From NCBI RefSeq assembly GCF_021054785.1, contig NZ_CP088239.1:1020001-1052000 (forward strand): a stretch of 32,000 bases of DNA. Direction: 5' to 3'. This stretch comes from Tannockella kyphosi. GTDB lineage: Bacteria > Bacillota_I > Bacilli_A > Erysipelotrichales > Coprobacillaceae. The stretch's first letter is position 1. Each line of letters opens with the position of its first letter. The notes under the pieces are model-generated. The model saw only the letters and a list, made by a program, of their open reading frames with translations, did no database searches and was not told the origin of the DNA. This document shows, piece by piece, positions 1-9,551 of the stretch. Both the position numbers and the translations under genes were made by a program.

Positions 1-310
1 TATCAATTAATTCTTGAAGATACAACTGAAAGAACTCTTTTGGTAATTTGAAAATAAAATTAACTTCACTTTCAGGACGTGCAAAGTTTTCGGTAGAAAA
101 AGCATAAATAGTCATTGCTTGGACTCCTAATTTATTTGCCTCTAAAGCAATTTTACGAATTGTTTTTGTTCCTTCATGATGACCAAATGTTCTAGGCATA
201 TTTCTTTTTTTAGCCCATCTTCCATTTCCATCCATAATAAAAGCAATGTGACGAGGAATGTTTGTTAAATCAATATCTTTAATTGTTTTTTGTTTGTTTC
301 TTTTTAGCAT
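1..310 (-). CDS. uppS: Undecaprenyl-diphosphate synthase (isoprenyl transferase), N-terminal part; 3' end lies beyond the window start
   Basis: Absent from the ORF track because there is no stop in the window. The reverse complement from ATG at 308-310 reads MLKRNKQKTIKDIDLTNIPRHIAFIMDGNGRWAKKRNMPRTFGHHEGTKTIRKIALEANKLGVQAMTIYAFSTENFARPESEV..., with the UppS hallmarks IMDGNGRWA and YAFSTENF. GGAGGAG RBS at 314-320. Its position after frr matches the conserved frr-uppS order. Confidence 0.9.
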   Translation of the reverse strand, partial: MLKRNKQKTIKDIDLTNIPRHIAFIMDGNGRWAKKRNMPRTFGHHEGTKTIRKIALEANKLGVQAMTIYAFSTENFARPESEVNFIFKLPKEFFQLYLQELID

Positions 311-334
311 AATCTCCTCCGCTAACTAACCTAC

Positions 335-363
335 ATTATAGCATAACCACTCCACTTCAACAA
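335..363 (-). promoter_or_regulatory. SigmaA-type promoter candidate for uppS
   Basis: Minus-strand reading: -35 TTGTTG (358-363), 17-nt spacer, extended -10 TGcTATAAT (335-343). It lies just downstream of the frr terminator. Confidence 0.5.
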
Positions 364-388
364 CACTTTTAAAACATTGATAGTAAGC

Positions 389-415
389 AAAAAAAAGGTC
401 TAGACTAGACCTTTT
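389..415 (-). terminator. Rho-independent terminator after frr
   Basis: Near-perfect palindrome aaaaggtctag-a-ctagacctttt (393-415). On the transcribed strand it is followed by a run of T (A-run 389-396 on +). It sits 7 nt after the frr stop. Confidence 0.7.
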
Positions 416-421
416 AGAGAG

Positions 422-967
422 TTAAACAGTTAAGATTTCTTTTTCTTTTACTTTACCGATTTCATCAATTTCTTTTACAAATTTATCAGTTAATTTTTGA
501 ATTTTATCTTGTCCATCTTTTATTTCATCTTCACTTGCTTCTACTTTTTTAATGTCATCATTGCAATCACGACGAATATTACGGACAGCAATTTTTGCAT
601 GCTCTGCAAATTTCCATACATTTTTCGCAAATTCTTTACGACGTTCTTCAGTTAAAGCAGGTACATTAATACGAATTACTTCCCCATCATTTTGAGGAGT
701 TAAACCTAAATTAGCTTCATAAATACCACGTTCAATATCACCAACTGTTGAACGATCATAAGGTTTAATTAACAATTGTCTACCTTCTACTACAGAAACA
801 CCTGCCATTTGATTGATTGGTGTAGGTGATCCATAATACATCACTGAAACACGATCAAGCATAGAAGGATTAGCTCTACCTGTACGAATAGTCGCTAAAT
901 CTCTTTGATAAGATTCAATCGCTTTCATCATTCTTTCATTAGCATCTTCTAAAATCATATTAATCAT
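422..967 (-). CDS. frr: Ribosome recycling factor
   Basis: 181 aa. [38 protein letters not shown]... is a typical RRF N-terminus. AGGAGG lies 8 nt upstream of the ATG at 967. It overlaps the pyrH stop by 8 nt. Confidence 0.97.
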   Translation of the reverse strand: MINMILEDANERMMKAIESYQRDLATIRTGRANPSMLDRVSVMYYGSPTPINQMAGVSVVEGRQLLIKPYDRSTVGDIERGIYEANLGLTPQNDGEVIRINVPALTEERRKEFAKNVWKFAEHAKIAVRNIRRDCNDDIKKVEASEDEIKDGQDKIQKLTDKFVKEIDEIGKVKEKEILTV

Positions 968-1685
968 TTTTTAGTCCTCCTGAAATTGTAGTTCCTATTA
1001 CAACACCTTCACAAGCTTTTGCAATATTCCCTCTTTCTGCCATATTAAATACACATAAATCAATATTATTATCTTTACATAAAGTAATTGCTGTTTGATC
1101 CATAATTTTTAAATCTTTAGTCAAAACATCATGATATGTAATACTATCAAAACGTTGTGCATTAGGATCTAATTTAGGATCAGCTGAATAAACACCATCT
1201 ACCCCATTTTTTGCCATCAAAATAACATCAGCTTGAATCTCTGCAGCACGAAGTGCAGCAGTAGTATCTGTTGTAAAGAAAGGATTCCCTGTACCAGCAC
1301 CAAAAATAACAACACGTCCTTTTTCTAAGTGACGTACAGCACGACGACGAATATAAGGTTCGGCAACTTGTCTCATTTCAATTGCTGATAATACTCTAGT
1401 AGGAACTCCAATAGCTTCTAAAGCGTTTTGAACAGCTAAACCATTCATTACCGTAGCAAGCATTCCCATATAATCAGCACTTGAACGATCCATACCCATA
1501 TCAGCACCAATTTTTCCACGCCAAATATTTCCACCACCACAAACAATAGCTATTTCACAACCTGTATCTACAGCATCTTTAATTTGGTGAGCAACATCAG
1601 CAACTGTTGTAGCATCGATTCCCATTTTTTGGTCTCCTGCCAGTGCTTCTCCACTTAATTTTAATAATACTCGATTATATCGCAT
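960..1685 (-). CDS. pyrH: UMP kinase
   Basis: 241 aa. [11 protein letters not shown] and CGGGNIWRG motifs of the amino-acid kinase / UMP kinase family. AGGAGA RBS. Conserved tsf-pyrH-frr order. Confidence 0.97.
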   Translation of the reverse strand: MRYNRVLLKLSGEALAGDQKMGIDATTVADVAHQIKDAVDTGCEIAIVCGGGNIWRGKIGADMGMDRSSADYMGMLATVMNGLAVQNALEAIGVPTRVLSAIEMRQVAEPYIRRRAVRHLEKGRVVIFGAGTGNPFFTTDTTAALRAAEIQADVILMAKNGVDGVYSADPKLDPNAQRFDSITYHDVLTKDLKIMDQTAITLCKDNNIDLCVFNMAERGNIAKACEGVVIGTTISGGLKND

Positions 1686-1711
1686 ATATTTCTCCTTATT
1701 ATATTTTAAAT

Positions 1712-1746
1712 TTTATAATAAAGAGGACACAATAAAAGCGTCCTCT
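1712..1746 (-). terminator. Hairpin between tsf and pyrH (weak terminator or attenuator)
   Basis: 7-bp stem agaggac (1722-1728) / gtcctct (1740-1746) with an 11-nt loop. It is followed on the transcript by UUAUUAU, which is a poor U-tract. Confidence 0.35.
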
Positions 1747-1751
1747 AGTTT

Positions 1752-2642
1752 TTATCCACGCATTTGTTGCGCTACTTCTTCAGCAAAGTTTTCTTGTTTC
1801 TTTTCAATTCCTTCACCAACTTGGTAACGAGCGATAGAAACAATAGTTCCAGTTCCTACAAATTGAGCTACAGTTACATCAGGGTTTTTGATGAATTCTT
1901 GATCAACTAAACACATTTCTTTTAAGTTTTTGTTTAATCTACCTTCTACCATTTTTTCAATAATGTTTTCTGGTTTAGGTTTTGCACTATTTGCATTTTC
2001 TTCTAATGCTTGTGCTCTTAATACATGTAATTCTCTGTCTAATACATCAGCAGGGATAGAAGTTCTATCAATGTATTTTGGAGCAGAAGCTGCAACATGC
2101 ATTGCGATATCTCTTGCTACTTCTTCACTGCTTCCATCTAATAATACAACAGCTGACATTTTACCACCCATATGAGAATAAGCTCCAAATGATTGAGTAT
2201 CAGTTTTTGTATAAATTTCAAATCTTCTAACAGATAATTTTTCTCCAATTTTACCACTTGTTTCTGCAACAACAGTTTCAAGGCTTTTTCCATTAACATC
2301 AATAGCTAATGCTTCTTCTAAAGTAGTTACTTCTGTATTTAAAACTGTGTTAGCAACTAATTTAACTAATTCTTGGAATTCTCCATTTTTTGCAACAAAA
2401 TCAGTTTCAGAGTTAACTTCAACTAATACTGCTTTGTTTCCTTCGATAACGAAAGATGTTAATCCTTCAGCAGCAATACGATCTGCTTTTTTAGCAGCGT
2501 TTGCGATACCTTTTTCTCTTAACCAGTCGAAAGATGCTTCGATGTTTCCATCATTTGCTTCTAAAGCTTTTTTACAATCCATCATTCCGGCACCAGTTTT
2601 TTCACGTAATTCTTTTACTAAACTTGCACTAATAGTAGCCAT
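1752..2642 (-). CDS. tsf: Elongation factor Ts
   Basis: 296 aa. The N-terminal UBA-like [20 protein letters not shown] is diagnostic for EF-Ts. GGAGA RBS. Follows rpsB. Confidence 0.97.
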   Translation of the reverse strand: MATISASLVKELREKTGAGMMDCKKALEANDGNIEASFDWLREKGIANAAKKADRIAAEGLTSFVIEGNKAVLVEVNSETDFVAKNGEFQELVKLVANTVLNTEVTTLEEALAIDVNGKSLETVVAETSGKIGEKLSVRRFEIYTKTDTQSFGAYSHMGGKMSAVVLLDGSSEEVARDIAMHVAASAPKYIDRTSIPADVLDRELHVLRAQALEENANSAKPKPENIIEKMVEGRLNKNLKEMCLVDQEFIKNPDVTVAQFVGTGTIVSIARYQVGEGIEKKQENFAEEVAQQMRG

Positions 2643-2664
2643 TTTTAATTTTCTCCTTTTATTT

Positions 2665-2693
2665 TTATATAAAAGGGAGACGTTGCCTCCCTT
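2665..2693 (-). terminator. Hairpin between rpsB and tsf (possible attenuator)
   Basis: Stem aagggag (2673-2679) / ctccctt (2687-2693) with a 7-nt loop. The downstream transcript reads UUAUAUAAAAAU, so the U-tract is weak. Confidence 0.3.
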
Positions 2694-2735
2694 ATTGATA
2701 ACAAATTTCTTTCATTCAGTTCAGTCGACGAAATA

Positions 2736-3569
2736 TTATTTTGTGTTTCTATCGTAATTTCTATGAGGTCTAGCATTTTTGTTTCTAGGTCCTCTATTTC
2801 TTTGTGCGTTATTTTCTACTGAAGTTACAGCATCAGTCATAGTTACTTCTTTGTCATCTTCATCTTTCATATACGCAACAGTTAATGGTTCATTTTTTGA
2901 TTCACAAACTGCATCAGCCATAACAGCAACGATTAATTTAACCGCTCTAATAGCATCATCATTTGCAGGGATTACATAATCCACTTCATCAGGATCACAG
3001 TTAGTATCTACAATACCAAATACAGGGATTCCTAAGATTTTAGCTTCTGCAACAGCATTGTGTTCAGCTTTAGGATCTACAACAAATAAAGCACTTGGGA
3101 TTTTTTTCATATCTTTAATCCCACCTAAGTTTTTCTCTAATTTAGCGGCTTCTTTTCTCATTAAGATAGCTTCTTTTTTAGTGAATAAATCTAAAGTTCC
3201 ATCTGCTTCCATTTTTTCTAAATCTTTTAATCTTTTAATTCTTTTTTGAATTGTTTTGAAGTTTGTTAAAGTTCCTCCTAACCAACGAGAGTTAACATAG
3301 AAACTTCCTGAACGGATTGCTTCTTCTTTAACAGCTTCTTGTGCTTGTTTTTTAGTACCAACAAATAATACTTTTCCACCTTTAGCAGCGATTTCAGTCA
3401 TTGCTTTATAAGCTTCATCAATTTTTTTAGATGATTTTTGTAAATCAATAATGTAAATCCCATTTCTTGATGTAAAGATATATGGAGCCATTTTCGGATT
3501 CCATCTTTTTGTTTGGTGACCAAAGTGTACACCTACTTCTAATAATTTTTTCATTGAAATTACTGACAT
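2736..3569 (-). CDS. rpsB: 30S ribosomal protein S2
   Basis: The track ORF extends to 3686, but S2 homology starts at [27 protein letters not shown]. That ATG (3567-3569) is preceded by GGAGGAAG. The upstream 39 codons fall in the predicted promoter and 5' UTR. There is a basic C-terminal tail ([24 protein letters not shown]). Confidence 0.95.
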   Translation of the reverse strand: MSVISMKKLLEVGVHFGHQTKRWNPKMAPYIFTSRNGIYIIDLQKSSKKIDEAYKAMTEIAAKGGKVLFVGTKKQAQEAVKEEAIRSGSFYVNSRWLGGTLTNFKTIQKRIKRLKDLEKMEADGTLDLFTKKEAILMRKEAAKLEKNLGGIKDMKKIPSALFVVDPKAEHNAVAEAKILGIPVFGIVDTNCDPDEVDYVIPANDDAIRAVKLIVAVMADAVCESKNEPLTVAYMKDEDDKEVTMTDAVTSVENNAQRNRGPRNKNARPHRNYDRNTK

Positions 3570-3676
3570 TCGTAACTTCCTCCTTCGTTTTTTCCTCCAT
3601 TGTTTCGAACATATCCCACCATTTCTGGCACTTGAAATATGAATCCGCAATGTGTGTATTTTATAATACCTCAAGT

Positions 3677-3705
3677 ATTTTAGCACAAACTAGTATATCT
3701 TTCAA
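3677..3705 (-). promoter_or_regulatory. SigmaA-type promoter for rpsB-tsf
   Basis: Minus-strand reading aaagaTTGAAAgatatactagtttgtgcTAAAATacttga. -35 TTGAAA (3700-3705), 17-nt spacer, extended -10 TGcTAAAAT (3677-3685). This implies a 5' UTR of about 100 nt. Confidence 0.6.
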
Positions 3706-3713
3706 TCTTTTTT

Positions 3714-4619
3714 TTATTTATTACCATGAATTCTTGGATGCGTATGATCATAGACTGCTTGTAATTGCTCTTTTGAGACATGGGTATAAATTTGAGTCGT
3801 ACTTAAATGCTCATGACCTAATAATAATTGGACCATTCGAATATCTGCACCCCCACTTAATAAGTGTGTTGCAAAAGAATGTCGAAAAGTATGAGGATGA
3901 ATCTTTTTAGTAGCATCATATTGATAACAAATACGATCAACTATATTTTGAACTCCTCTATTTGTTAGCTTTGTACCATTTTTATTAACAAAGAAGAAAC
4001 CATGTTCTTCTTGATTCTTAATTAAAATAATCCGTGCTTCTAAATACTCCTGCATACATTTCCCTGCAAATTCATGAAAAGGAACAATTCTTTCCTTATT
4101 CCCCTTCCCCATTACCTTTAGATCAAGATTATCATAATCAATGTCTTTCAATTTTAGATTAACAACTTCACCACATCGTAATCCTGAGGCATACATTAAT
4201 TCTAACATTGCTTTATTTCTTTTATCTAAAGGTGTTACACAATCAATACTATCTAATAATTCTACCATTTCTTCGGGATATAAAAAATCAGGATTTCTTT
4301 TAGGTTCACTTTGTGCTTTTATTAAAAGAAAAGGATTATCCTCAACAATATTCATTTTTAATAAATAACTATAAAAGCTTCTAAGACTACTTAACTTATG
4401 ATTAATAGAAGACTTTGATAAATGAGATTGGTGTAAATAGACCAAATATCCTCTAACAATTGGATAACTTATTTCTTTATAAGAAGAAATCTCTTCTATT
4501 AATAAATAATTTGTAAAATGTTGTATTTCTGTAGCATAAGATAGAATCGTATTAGTAGAATACATTTTTTGGAATTTTAAATACTCTAAATACTTAGTAG
4601 AACAAGAACTAAAGTTCAT
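3714..4619 (-). CDS. xerC: Tyrosine recombinase XerC/CodV type
   Basis: Catalytic signature present: ASGLRCGEV (Arg), [14 protein letters not shown] (His-x-x-Arg), [16 protein letters not shown] (His, Tyr). It sits directly after trmFO as in the B. subtilis gid-codV pair. The start is uncertain: ATG at 4619 ([23 protein letters not shown] just upstream) is preferred, with ATG at 4631 or 4664 as alternatives. It overlaps the trmFO 3' end. Confidence 0.88.
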   Translation of the reverse strand: MNFSSCSTKYLEYLKFQKMYSTNTILSYATEIQHFTNYLLIEEISSYKEISYPIVRGYLVYLHQSHLSKSSINHKLSSLRSFYSYLLKMNIVEDNPFLLIKAQSEPKRNPDFLYPEEMVELLDSIDCVTPLDKRNKAMLELMYASGLRCGEVVNLKLKDIDYDNLDLKVMGKGNKERIVPFHEFAGKCMQEYLEARIILIKNQEEHGFFFVNKNGTKLTNRGVQNIVDRICYQYDATKKIHPHTFRHSFATHLLSGGADIRMVQLLLGHEHLSTTQIYTHVSKEQLQAVYDHTHPRIHGNK

Positions 4620-5910
4620 TTTCCTTAACATACAATTCCATGCAATCAATTGCACGTTTCGCATATTCTTCTTTTCTTAATTTCTTTTTCACACGTACAG
4701 CTAAATCAGGTAAAATTCCAAAATTTGCTTTCATTGGTTGGAAATCCTCTTGACTCGCATTTGTAATATAGTGACTTAAAGCCCCCATCACTGTTTCTCT
4801 AGGGAATTCCAATAATTCTTTTCCTTCTAATAAACGAACCATATTTAAACCAGCAACCATCCCACTTTGAGCAGATTCAACATAACCTTCAACGCCTGTT
4901 AATTGTCCTGCAAAAAATAATGGAGATTGGTCAACATACTGATATGTTGCTTTTAAATGTTTTGGAGAACAAATAAAACTATTACGATGCATCACTCCAT
5001 AACGGACAAATTCAGCATTTTGAAGTCCAGGAATCATTTGAATAATTCTTTTTTGTTCAGGCCATGTTAAGTGTGTTTGGAAGCCAACAATATTGTAAAG
5101 TGTTGCTTGGACATTATCTTGTCTTAATTGAACAACAGCATATGGCCTTTTGCCATCTGGCGTCATTAACCCAACTGGTTTCATTGGTCCAAATAACAAT
5201 GTTTGGTTCCCACGTCGTGCCATTTCTTCAAAAGGCATACACCCTTCAAAAAACTTTTCTTCAAAATCTTTGGGTTTTACAACCTCTGCTTGAATAAGTG
5301 CTTCATAAAATGCATCAAACTCATCTTTATCCATTGGACAATTAATATACTCATTATCACCTTTATCATATCTTGATTTATAATAAGCAATTGAAAAATC
5401 AATACTATCTTTTGTAAGAATTGGTGCTGCTGCATCAAAGAAGTAAAAATATTCTTCTCCTAATTTGGAAGCAATATCTTTTGCAAGAGCATCATCTGTT
5501 AATGGACCAGATGCAATAATCGTTGGTCCTTCTGGAATTTTTTCAACTACTTCTTCCACCACTTCTACTAAAGGATGAGATTTAACAAACTCTGTTACGG
5601 CTTTCGAAAAGCCATCTCTATCAACTGCCAAAGCACCACCAGCAGGAACGCTATGTAATCTTGCATATTTAATAATAACGCTATCTAACATTTCCATTTC
5701 TGCTTTTAAAACACCTACTGCATTACCAATCCCATCTGCACGCAAAGAATTAGAACATACTAATTCTGCAAAATCACCTGTATGATGTGCTGGCGTCATT
5801 TTTTTAGGACGCATTTCGTATAAACGTACACGATATCCTTTTTTTACTAATTGATTTGTAGCTTCTACGCCGGCTAACCCCGCGCCTACAACATTTACTA
5901 TTTCTTTCAT
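4609..5910 (-). CDS. trmFO: Methylenetetrahydrofolate--tRNA-(uracil-5)-methyltransferase TrmFO (Gid)
   Basis: [17 protein letters not shown] is an FAD dinucleotide-binding fold, and the rest resembles TrmFO across the full length. The start is set at ATG 5910, with GGTGA 4 nt upstream. ATG 5925 has no RBS and abuts the topA terminator U-tract. Confidence 0.93.
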   Translation of the reverse strand: MKEIVNVVGAGLAGVEATNQLVKKGYRVRLYEMRPKKMTPAHHTGDFAELVCSNSLRADGIGNAVGVLKAEMEMLDSVIIKYARLHSVPAGGALAVDRDGFSKAVTEFVKSHPLVEVVEEVVEKIPEGPTIIASGPLTDDALAKDIASKLGEEYFYFFDAAAPILTKDSIDFSIAYYKSRYDKGDNEYINCPMDKDEFDAFYEALIQAEVVKPKDFEEKFFEGCMPFEEMARRGNQTLLFGPMKPVGLMTPDGKRPYAVVQLRQDNVQATLYNIVGFQTHLTWPEQKRIIQMIPGLQNAEFVRYGVMHRNSFICSPKHLKATYQYVDQSPLFFAGQLTGVEGYVESAQSGMVAGLNMVRLLEGKELLEFPRETVMGALSHYITNASQEDFQPMKANFGILPDLAVRVKKKLRKEEYAKRAIDCMELYVKENEL

Positions 5911-5930
5911 TTTATCACCATCCATATTTT

Positions 5931-5963
5931 ATCAAAAAAACAAGCTTATTTCTAGGCTTGTTT
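5931..5963 (-). terminator. Terminator-like hairpin straddling the topA stop codon
   Basis: Transcript reads AAACAAGC-CUAGAAAUAA-GCUUGUUU followed by UUUUGAU. Arms at 5938-5945 and 5956-5963, with the topA TAG stop inside the loop. The trmFO start lies only about 24 nt downstream. Confidence 0.5.
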
Positions 5964-8039
5964 TTCTTTAATAATTGTCTTGCATTTAGGATAATCGCTA
6001 CATGCTTTGAAATCACCCCAACGGCCTTTTTTAATTACAATCGGTTTACCACAGTTCGGACATTTTTCATCCGTCATTACTGGTTCTTCCTTTTGTCTAG
6101 AATTTTTAATATATTTGCATTCTGGATAATTAGAACATGCTTCAAACTTACCAAAACGACCTGTTTTCCAAATCATTTTACTATTACATTTTGGACATGT
6201 TTCTCCAGTTTCTTCGATTACTACAGGATCTTTTTTAATATATTTACACTCAGGGAAGTTTCCACAAGCAACAAATACACCATAACGACCTTTTCTTTCC
6301 ACTAAATCATGCCCACACTCAGGACATATTTCACCTGTTTTTTTAGGTGCTATCGTTTCCATTTTTTCATAAGCATTATCCAATAATGGTTGGAATGTAT
6401 CCAAGAAAGCCTGCAATGCTTCTACATAGCTATCTTTTCCTCCAGCAATTTCATCTAACTCATTTTCCATGCTAGCTGTATATTCTACATTAATAATTTC
6501 ATTGAAATATTCAGTTAAACGATCACTAGTTAAAACTCCATCTTCTGTTGGTTTAAATGCTTTATCTTCAACAATAACATAATTACGTGTTTGAATTGTA
6601 TCAATAATACTTGCATACGTACTCGGTCTACCAATACCTAATTCTTCTAAAGTACGAATTAATTTAGCTTCTGAATAACGTGCTGGTGGTTTTGTAAAGT
6701 GTTGTGTTTTTTCGATTTTTTCACTAGCTAAAATTTGATCTTGTTGTAATTTTGGTAAATATTCGTTGTTTTGTTTTTCATAATCACGATATACTCTTAA
6801 ATAACCATCAAATTTAATGATTGATCCACTAGCACTAAATTGATATCCGTTATTCCCTAAAACAAGACTTGTAGCATCAAATTTTGCAGCAGCCATCAAG
6901 GAAGCTATCGTTCTAGCATAGATCATGCTATATAATTTAAACTCTTCTGGTTTTAAGAACTCTTTCATACTAGCAGGAGTTCTTTTGATACTAGTAGGAC
7001 GAATTGCTTCATGAGCATCTTGAACATTTTCTGTTTTCTTTTTCGTTTTTACTTTTCCACAATAATCTTTACCATATACTGTTTCAATATATTCTAATGC
7101 TTCTTCTACAAAACTTTCTGCTAAACGAACTGAATCTGTACGCATATAAGTAATTAAACCAACTGTTTCAGATTCTAAAGTAACCCCTTCATATAGACGT
7201 TGGGCAATAGACATTGTTCTTCTAGCTTTAAAACCTAATTTAGAAGATGCTTCTTGTTGCATGGAAGATGTAATGAATGGTGCTTTTGATTCTCTTTTCT
7301 TTTCAGTAGTTTTTATACTTTCCACTTGGAAATTAGGATTTAATGCTTCAAATACCTTTAAAGCATCTTCTCCATTTGTTATTTCTAATTTCTTATTATT
7401 ATATTTAGTTAACTCTGCACTAAATTCAATATCTTGTTCTATAAAATCAGCTTTTACTTTCCAATATTCTTCTGGTATAAATGCTTGAATCTCTCTTTCT
7501 TTTTCAACAATCAAACGTAAAACAACAGATTGAACACGTCCTGCTGATTTTGATTTAATTTTCTTTTGTAATAATTTAGATAACTTAAATCCAATAATAC
7601 GATCTAAAACACGTCGTGTTTCTTGAGATTTTACTAAGTCTTGATCAATTTTACGGGGATTTTTCAATGCTTCAACAACTGCTGTTTTTGTAATTTCATT
7701 AAAAACAACACGATTTGCTTTATCCATATCAACATCTAATACTTGTGCTAAATGCCATGAAATAGCTTCTCCTTCACGGTCAGGGTCAGTTGCCAAATAA
7801 ACTTCACTAGCATCTTTCACTACTTTCTTTAATTCTTTTACTACATCCTTTTTTTCTTTCGAAACAACATACTTTGGCTCAAAAGAGTTTTCTATATCAA
7901 TTCCTAATCCTTCTTTTCCACTAGTTGATAAGTCTCTTATATGCCCTTTAGATGAAGTAACTACAAAGTCACTACCTAAATAATTTTCAATTGTTTTTGA
8001 TTTGGAAGGCGATTCCACTATAACTACTTTTTTACTCAT
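5952..8039 (-). CDS. topA: DNA topoisomerase I (type IA)
   Basis: 695 aa. TOPRIM motifs VIVESPSKSKTI and TDPDREGEAISWH, and active-site Tyr context GLITYMRTDS. Three C-terminal 4-Cys zinc ribbons (CPECGH...CGNFPEC, CPKCNS...CSNYPEC, CPNCGK...CSDYPKC). AGGAGG RBS. Confidence 0.98.
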   Translation of the reverse strand: MSKKVVIVESPSKSKTIENYLGSDFVVTSSKGHIRDLSTSGKEGLGIDIENSFEPKYVVSKEKKDVVKELKKVVKDASEVYLATDPDREGEAISWHLAQVLDVDMDKANRVVFNEITKTAVVEALKNPRKIDQDLVKSQETRRVLDRIIGFKLSKLLQKKIKSKSAGRVQSVVLRLIVEKEREIQAFIPEEYWKVKADFIEQDIEFSAELTKYNNKKLEITNGEDALKVFEALNPNFQVESIKTTEKKRESKAPFITSSMQQEASSKLGFKARRTMSIAQRLYEGVTLESETVGLITYMRTDSVRLAESFVEEALEYIETVYGKDYCGKVKTKKKTENVQDAHEAIRPTSIKRTPASMKEFLKPEEFKLYSMIYARTIASLMAAAKFDATSLVLGNNGYQFSASGSIIKFDGYLRVYRDYEKQNNEYLPKLQQDQILASEKIEKTQHFTKPPARYSEAKLIRTLEELGIGRPSTYASIIDTIQTRNYVIVEDKAFKPTEDGVLTSDRLTEYFNEIINVEYTASMENELDEIAGGKDSYVEALQAFLDTFQPLLDNAYEKMETIAPKKTGEICPECGHDLVERKGRYGVFVACGNFPECKYIKKDPVVIEETGETCPKCNSKMIWKTGRFGKFEACSNYPECKYIKNSRQKEEPVMTDEKCPNCGKPIVIKKGRWGDFKACSDYPKCKTIIKEKQA

Positions 8040-8065
8040 TTACATTTCCTCCTCATTTATTTGTT

Positions 8066-8094
8066 ATTATTAGTGTTTTTATTTCATTTGTCAA
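8066..8094 (-). promoter_or_regulatory. SigmaA-type promoter candidate for topA
   Basis: Perfect -35 TTGACA (8089-8094), 17-nt spacer, -10 AATAAT (8066-8071), read on the minus strand. It sits about 27 nt upstream of the topA ATG. Confidence 0.4.
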
Positions 8095-8101
8095 TGTTTT
8101 T

Positions 8102-8863
8102 TTATCCATCAAAGATATCTTGGACACAATTAACTAATTTTGCCCCTTGTTGAATTAAAATATTACACCCTATATTTTCATCAATATTACTTGGTACAGC
8201 AAAGATATCCTTTCCTTGTTCCAAAGCATGACCAACCGTAATCATGGTACCACTTCTTTCACGGGCCTCACAAACCAACAAGGAACTACAAAGCCCCGCT
8301 ATAATTCGGTTTCGTTTTGGAAAATTATCTTTTTGTGGTACTGTGCTCCCGGGGTATTCGCTGATAATCAAATGATTATCTTTCATACTTTCATAAATAT
8401 CTCGATTTCTTTTGGGATAACAATAGTCAATACCACTACCTAATATAGCTACTGTTTTACCAAAATTATTTAAAGATGTCCGATGTGCTATTGCATCAAT
8501 TCCTAAGGCCATACCACTAACTATTGTATAGTTTTCATAAATTAAGTTTTTTACTAATCGATTTGTAATACTCTTACCATACTCACTTGGGACTCTCATT
8601 CCAATTACTCCTATGCATTTTTCATCTAATAACTTTAAGTTTCCATAATAAAACAAAACAAATGGTGGATACTTAATAAATTTAAGAGATTCAGGATAAT
8701 CATCAGAAACAATGGTTGTATACTTTGCTTGATTTGTCTTCATCAACAAATCAAATTCCTCTTGATCTACAGTCTCCTGTTTATCAAGAGCATTATAAAT
8801 TAGTTGAAAATCTCCTAAGTATTTAATTGAAAAAAAAGCTAATATTTCTTCTATTTTATGCAT
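8102..8863 (-). CDS. dprA: DNA processing/protecting protein DprA (Smf)
   Basis: Rossmann-like DprA core motifs GMALGIDAIAHR, GSGIDYCYPKRN, FPKRNRIIAGL, EARERSGTMITVGHALEQGKDIFAVP. The track start at 8872 is a GTG that forms part of a GAGGTG RBS. ATG at 8863 lies 6 nt after that RBS and is preferred. Confidence 0.92.
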   Translation of the reverse strand: MHKIEEILAFFSIKYLGDFQLIYNALDKQETVDQEEFDLLMKTNQAKYTTIVSDDYPESLKFIKYPPFVLFYYGNLKLLDEKCIGVIGMRVPSEYGKSITNRLVKNLIYENYTIVSGMALGIDAIAHRTSLNNFGKTVAILGSGIDYCYPKRNRDIYESMKDNHLIISEYPGSTVPQKDNFPKRNRIIAGLCSSLLVCEARERSGTMITVGHALEQGKDIFAVPSNIDENIGCNILIQQGAKLVNCVQDIFDG

Positions 8864-8924
8864 CTTATTCACCTCATTAAGATATACATAAAATAAATCA
8901 ATATTACTTTAAAAAAAAAGAAAA

Positions 8925-9551
8925 TCAAATATCAAAAGATAATTGTTTTTCCATTCTCATTAAAACTGGTTTAAAAGATTTACGATGAATTGGAGTTACT
9001 CCAAATTCATCTAAAGCTTGTATATGTTTTTTTGTTACGTACCCTTTGTGACTAGCAAAACCATATTCAGGATAGGTTTTATCGTGTTCTTCCATCATGC
9101 GATCACGAGTTACTTTTGCAAGAATACTTGCTCCTGCAATCGATATCGATAATTGATCCCCTTTTATAATAGATAGATGATCAAGGTAATGCAAAGGCAT
9201 TGCATCCGTTAATGCAAATAACCCTTCACATTGTAATGCTTGAACACATTTTTCCATCCCTATTTTACTTGCTTGATAGACATTTAGTTTATCAACATCT
9301 GCGACACTGATAACTTCAATATGATAAGCTATGGCATTATCACAAATAAAACTGAATAACTCGTCTCTTTTTTTCTTAGTAAGTTTCTTAGAATCATTGA
9401 TTCTTTCATCGTAAAAATGCTTTGGAAAGATAACTCCAGCAACAACTAATTCACCTGCCATAGGACCTCTACCAGCCTCATCTAACCCTATAATAGCTTG
9501 ATATCCTTTGGCATAATATTCTAATTCGTACTGGTTTCTGGGCGTTCCCAT
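8925..9551 (-). CDS. rnhB: Ribonuclease HII
   Basis: 208 aa. The GLDEAGRGPMAG catalytic motif and DSKKLT are typical of RNase HII. ATG at 9551 overlaps the rbgA 3' end by 31 nt. No later start is possible before the catalytic DE. Confidence 0.95.
   Translation of the reverse strand: MGTPRNQYELEYYAKGYQAIIGLDEAGRGPMAGELVVAGVIFPKHFYDERINDSKKLTKKKRDELFSFICDNAIAYHIEVISVADVDKLNVYQASKIGMEKCVQALQCEGLFALTDAMPLHYLDHLSIIKGDQLSISIAGASILAKVTRDRMMEEHDKTYPEYGFASHKGYVTKKHIQALDEFGVTPIHRKSFKPVLMRMEKQLSFDI

Noticed and set aside
2736-2830. Highly basic C-terminal tails on S2 (here) and on Ffh (13376-13450, KKVRHKKKKK), considered as possible fused peptides or frameshift products.
   Set aside because: Both are in-frame continuations with no slippery sites or alternative frames. 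Such basic extensions are common lineage-specific decorations of RNA-binding proteins.
3570-3686. 39-codon N-terminal extension of rpsB in the track ORF ([24 protein letters not shown]...).
   Set aside because: S2 homology begins at the internal [10 protein letters not shown], which has a strong GGAGGAAG RBS. The extension covers the predicted 5' UTR and has no RBS of its own.
3714-4664. Tyrosine recombinase as the integrase of a mobile element or genomic island.
   Set aside because: It occupies the conserved housekeeping trmFO(gid)-xerC(codV) position, overlaps trmFO translationally, and is flanked by core genes. I saw no direct repeats, tRNA target or cargo genes.
5952-6330. Three-fold periodic repeat at the 3' end of topA.
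   Set aside because: It corresponds to three tandem 4-Cys zinc-ribbon modules, the standard C-terminal architecture of Firmicute topoisomerase I. It is not a DNA repeat element.
8864-8872. GTG start for dprA at 8872, as given by the ORF track.
   Set aside because: That GTG is the end of a GAGGTG Shine-Dalgarno sequence. ATG at 8863 lies 6 nt downstream and is the more likely start.
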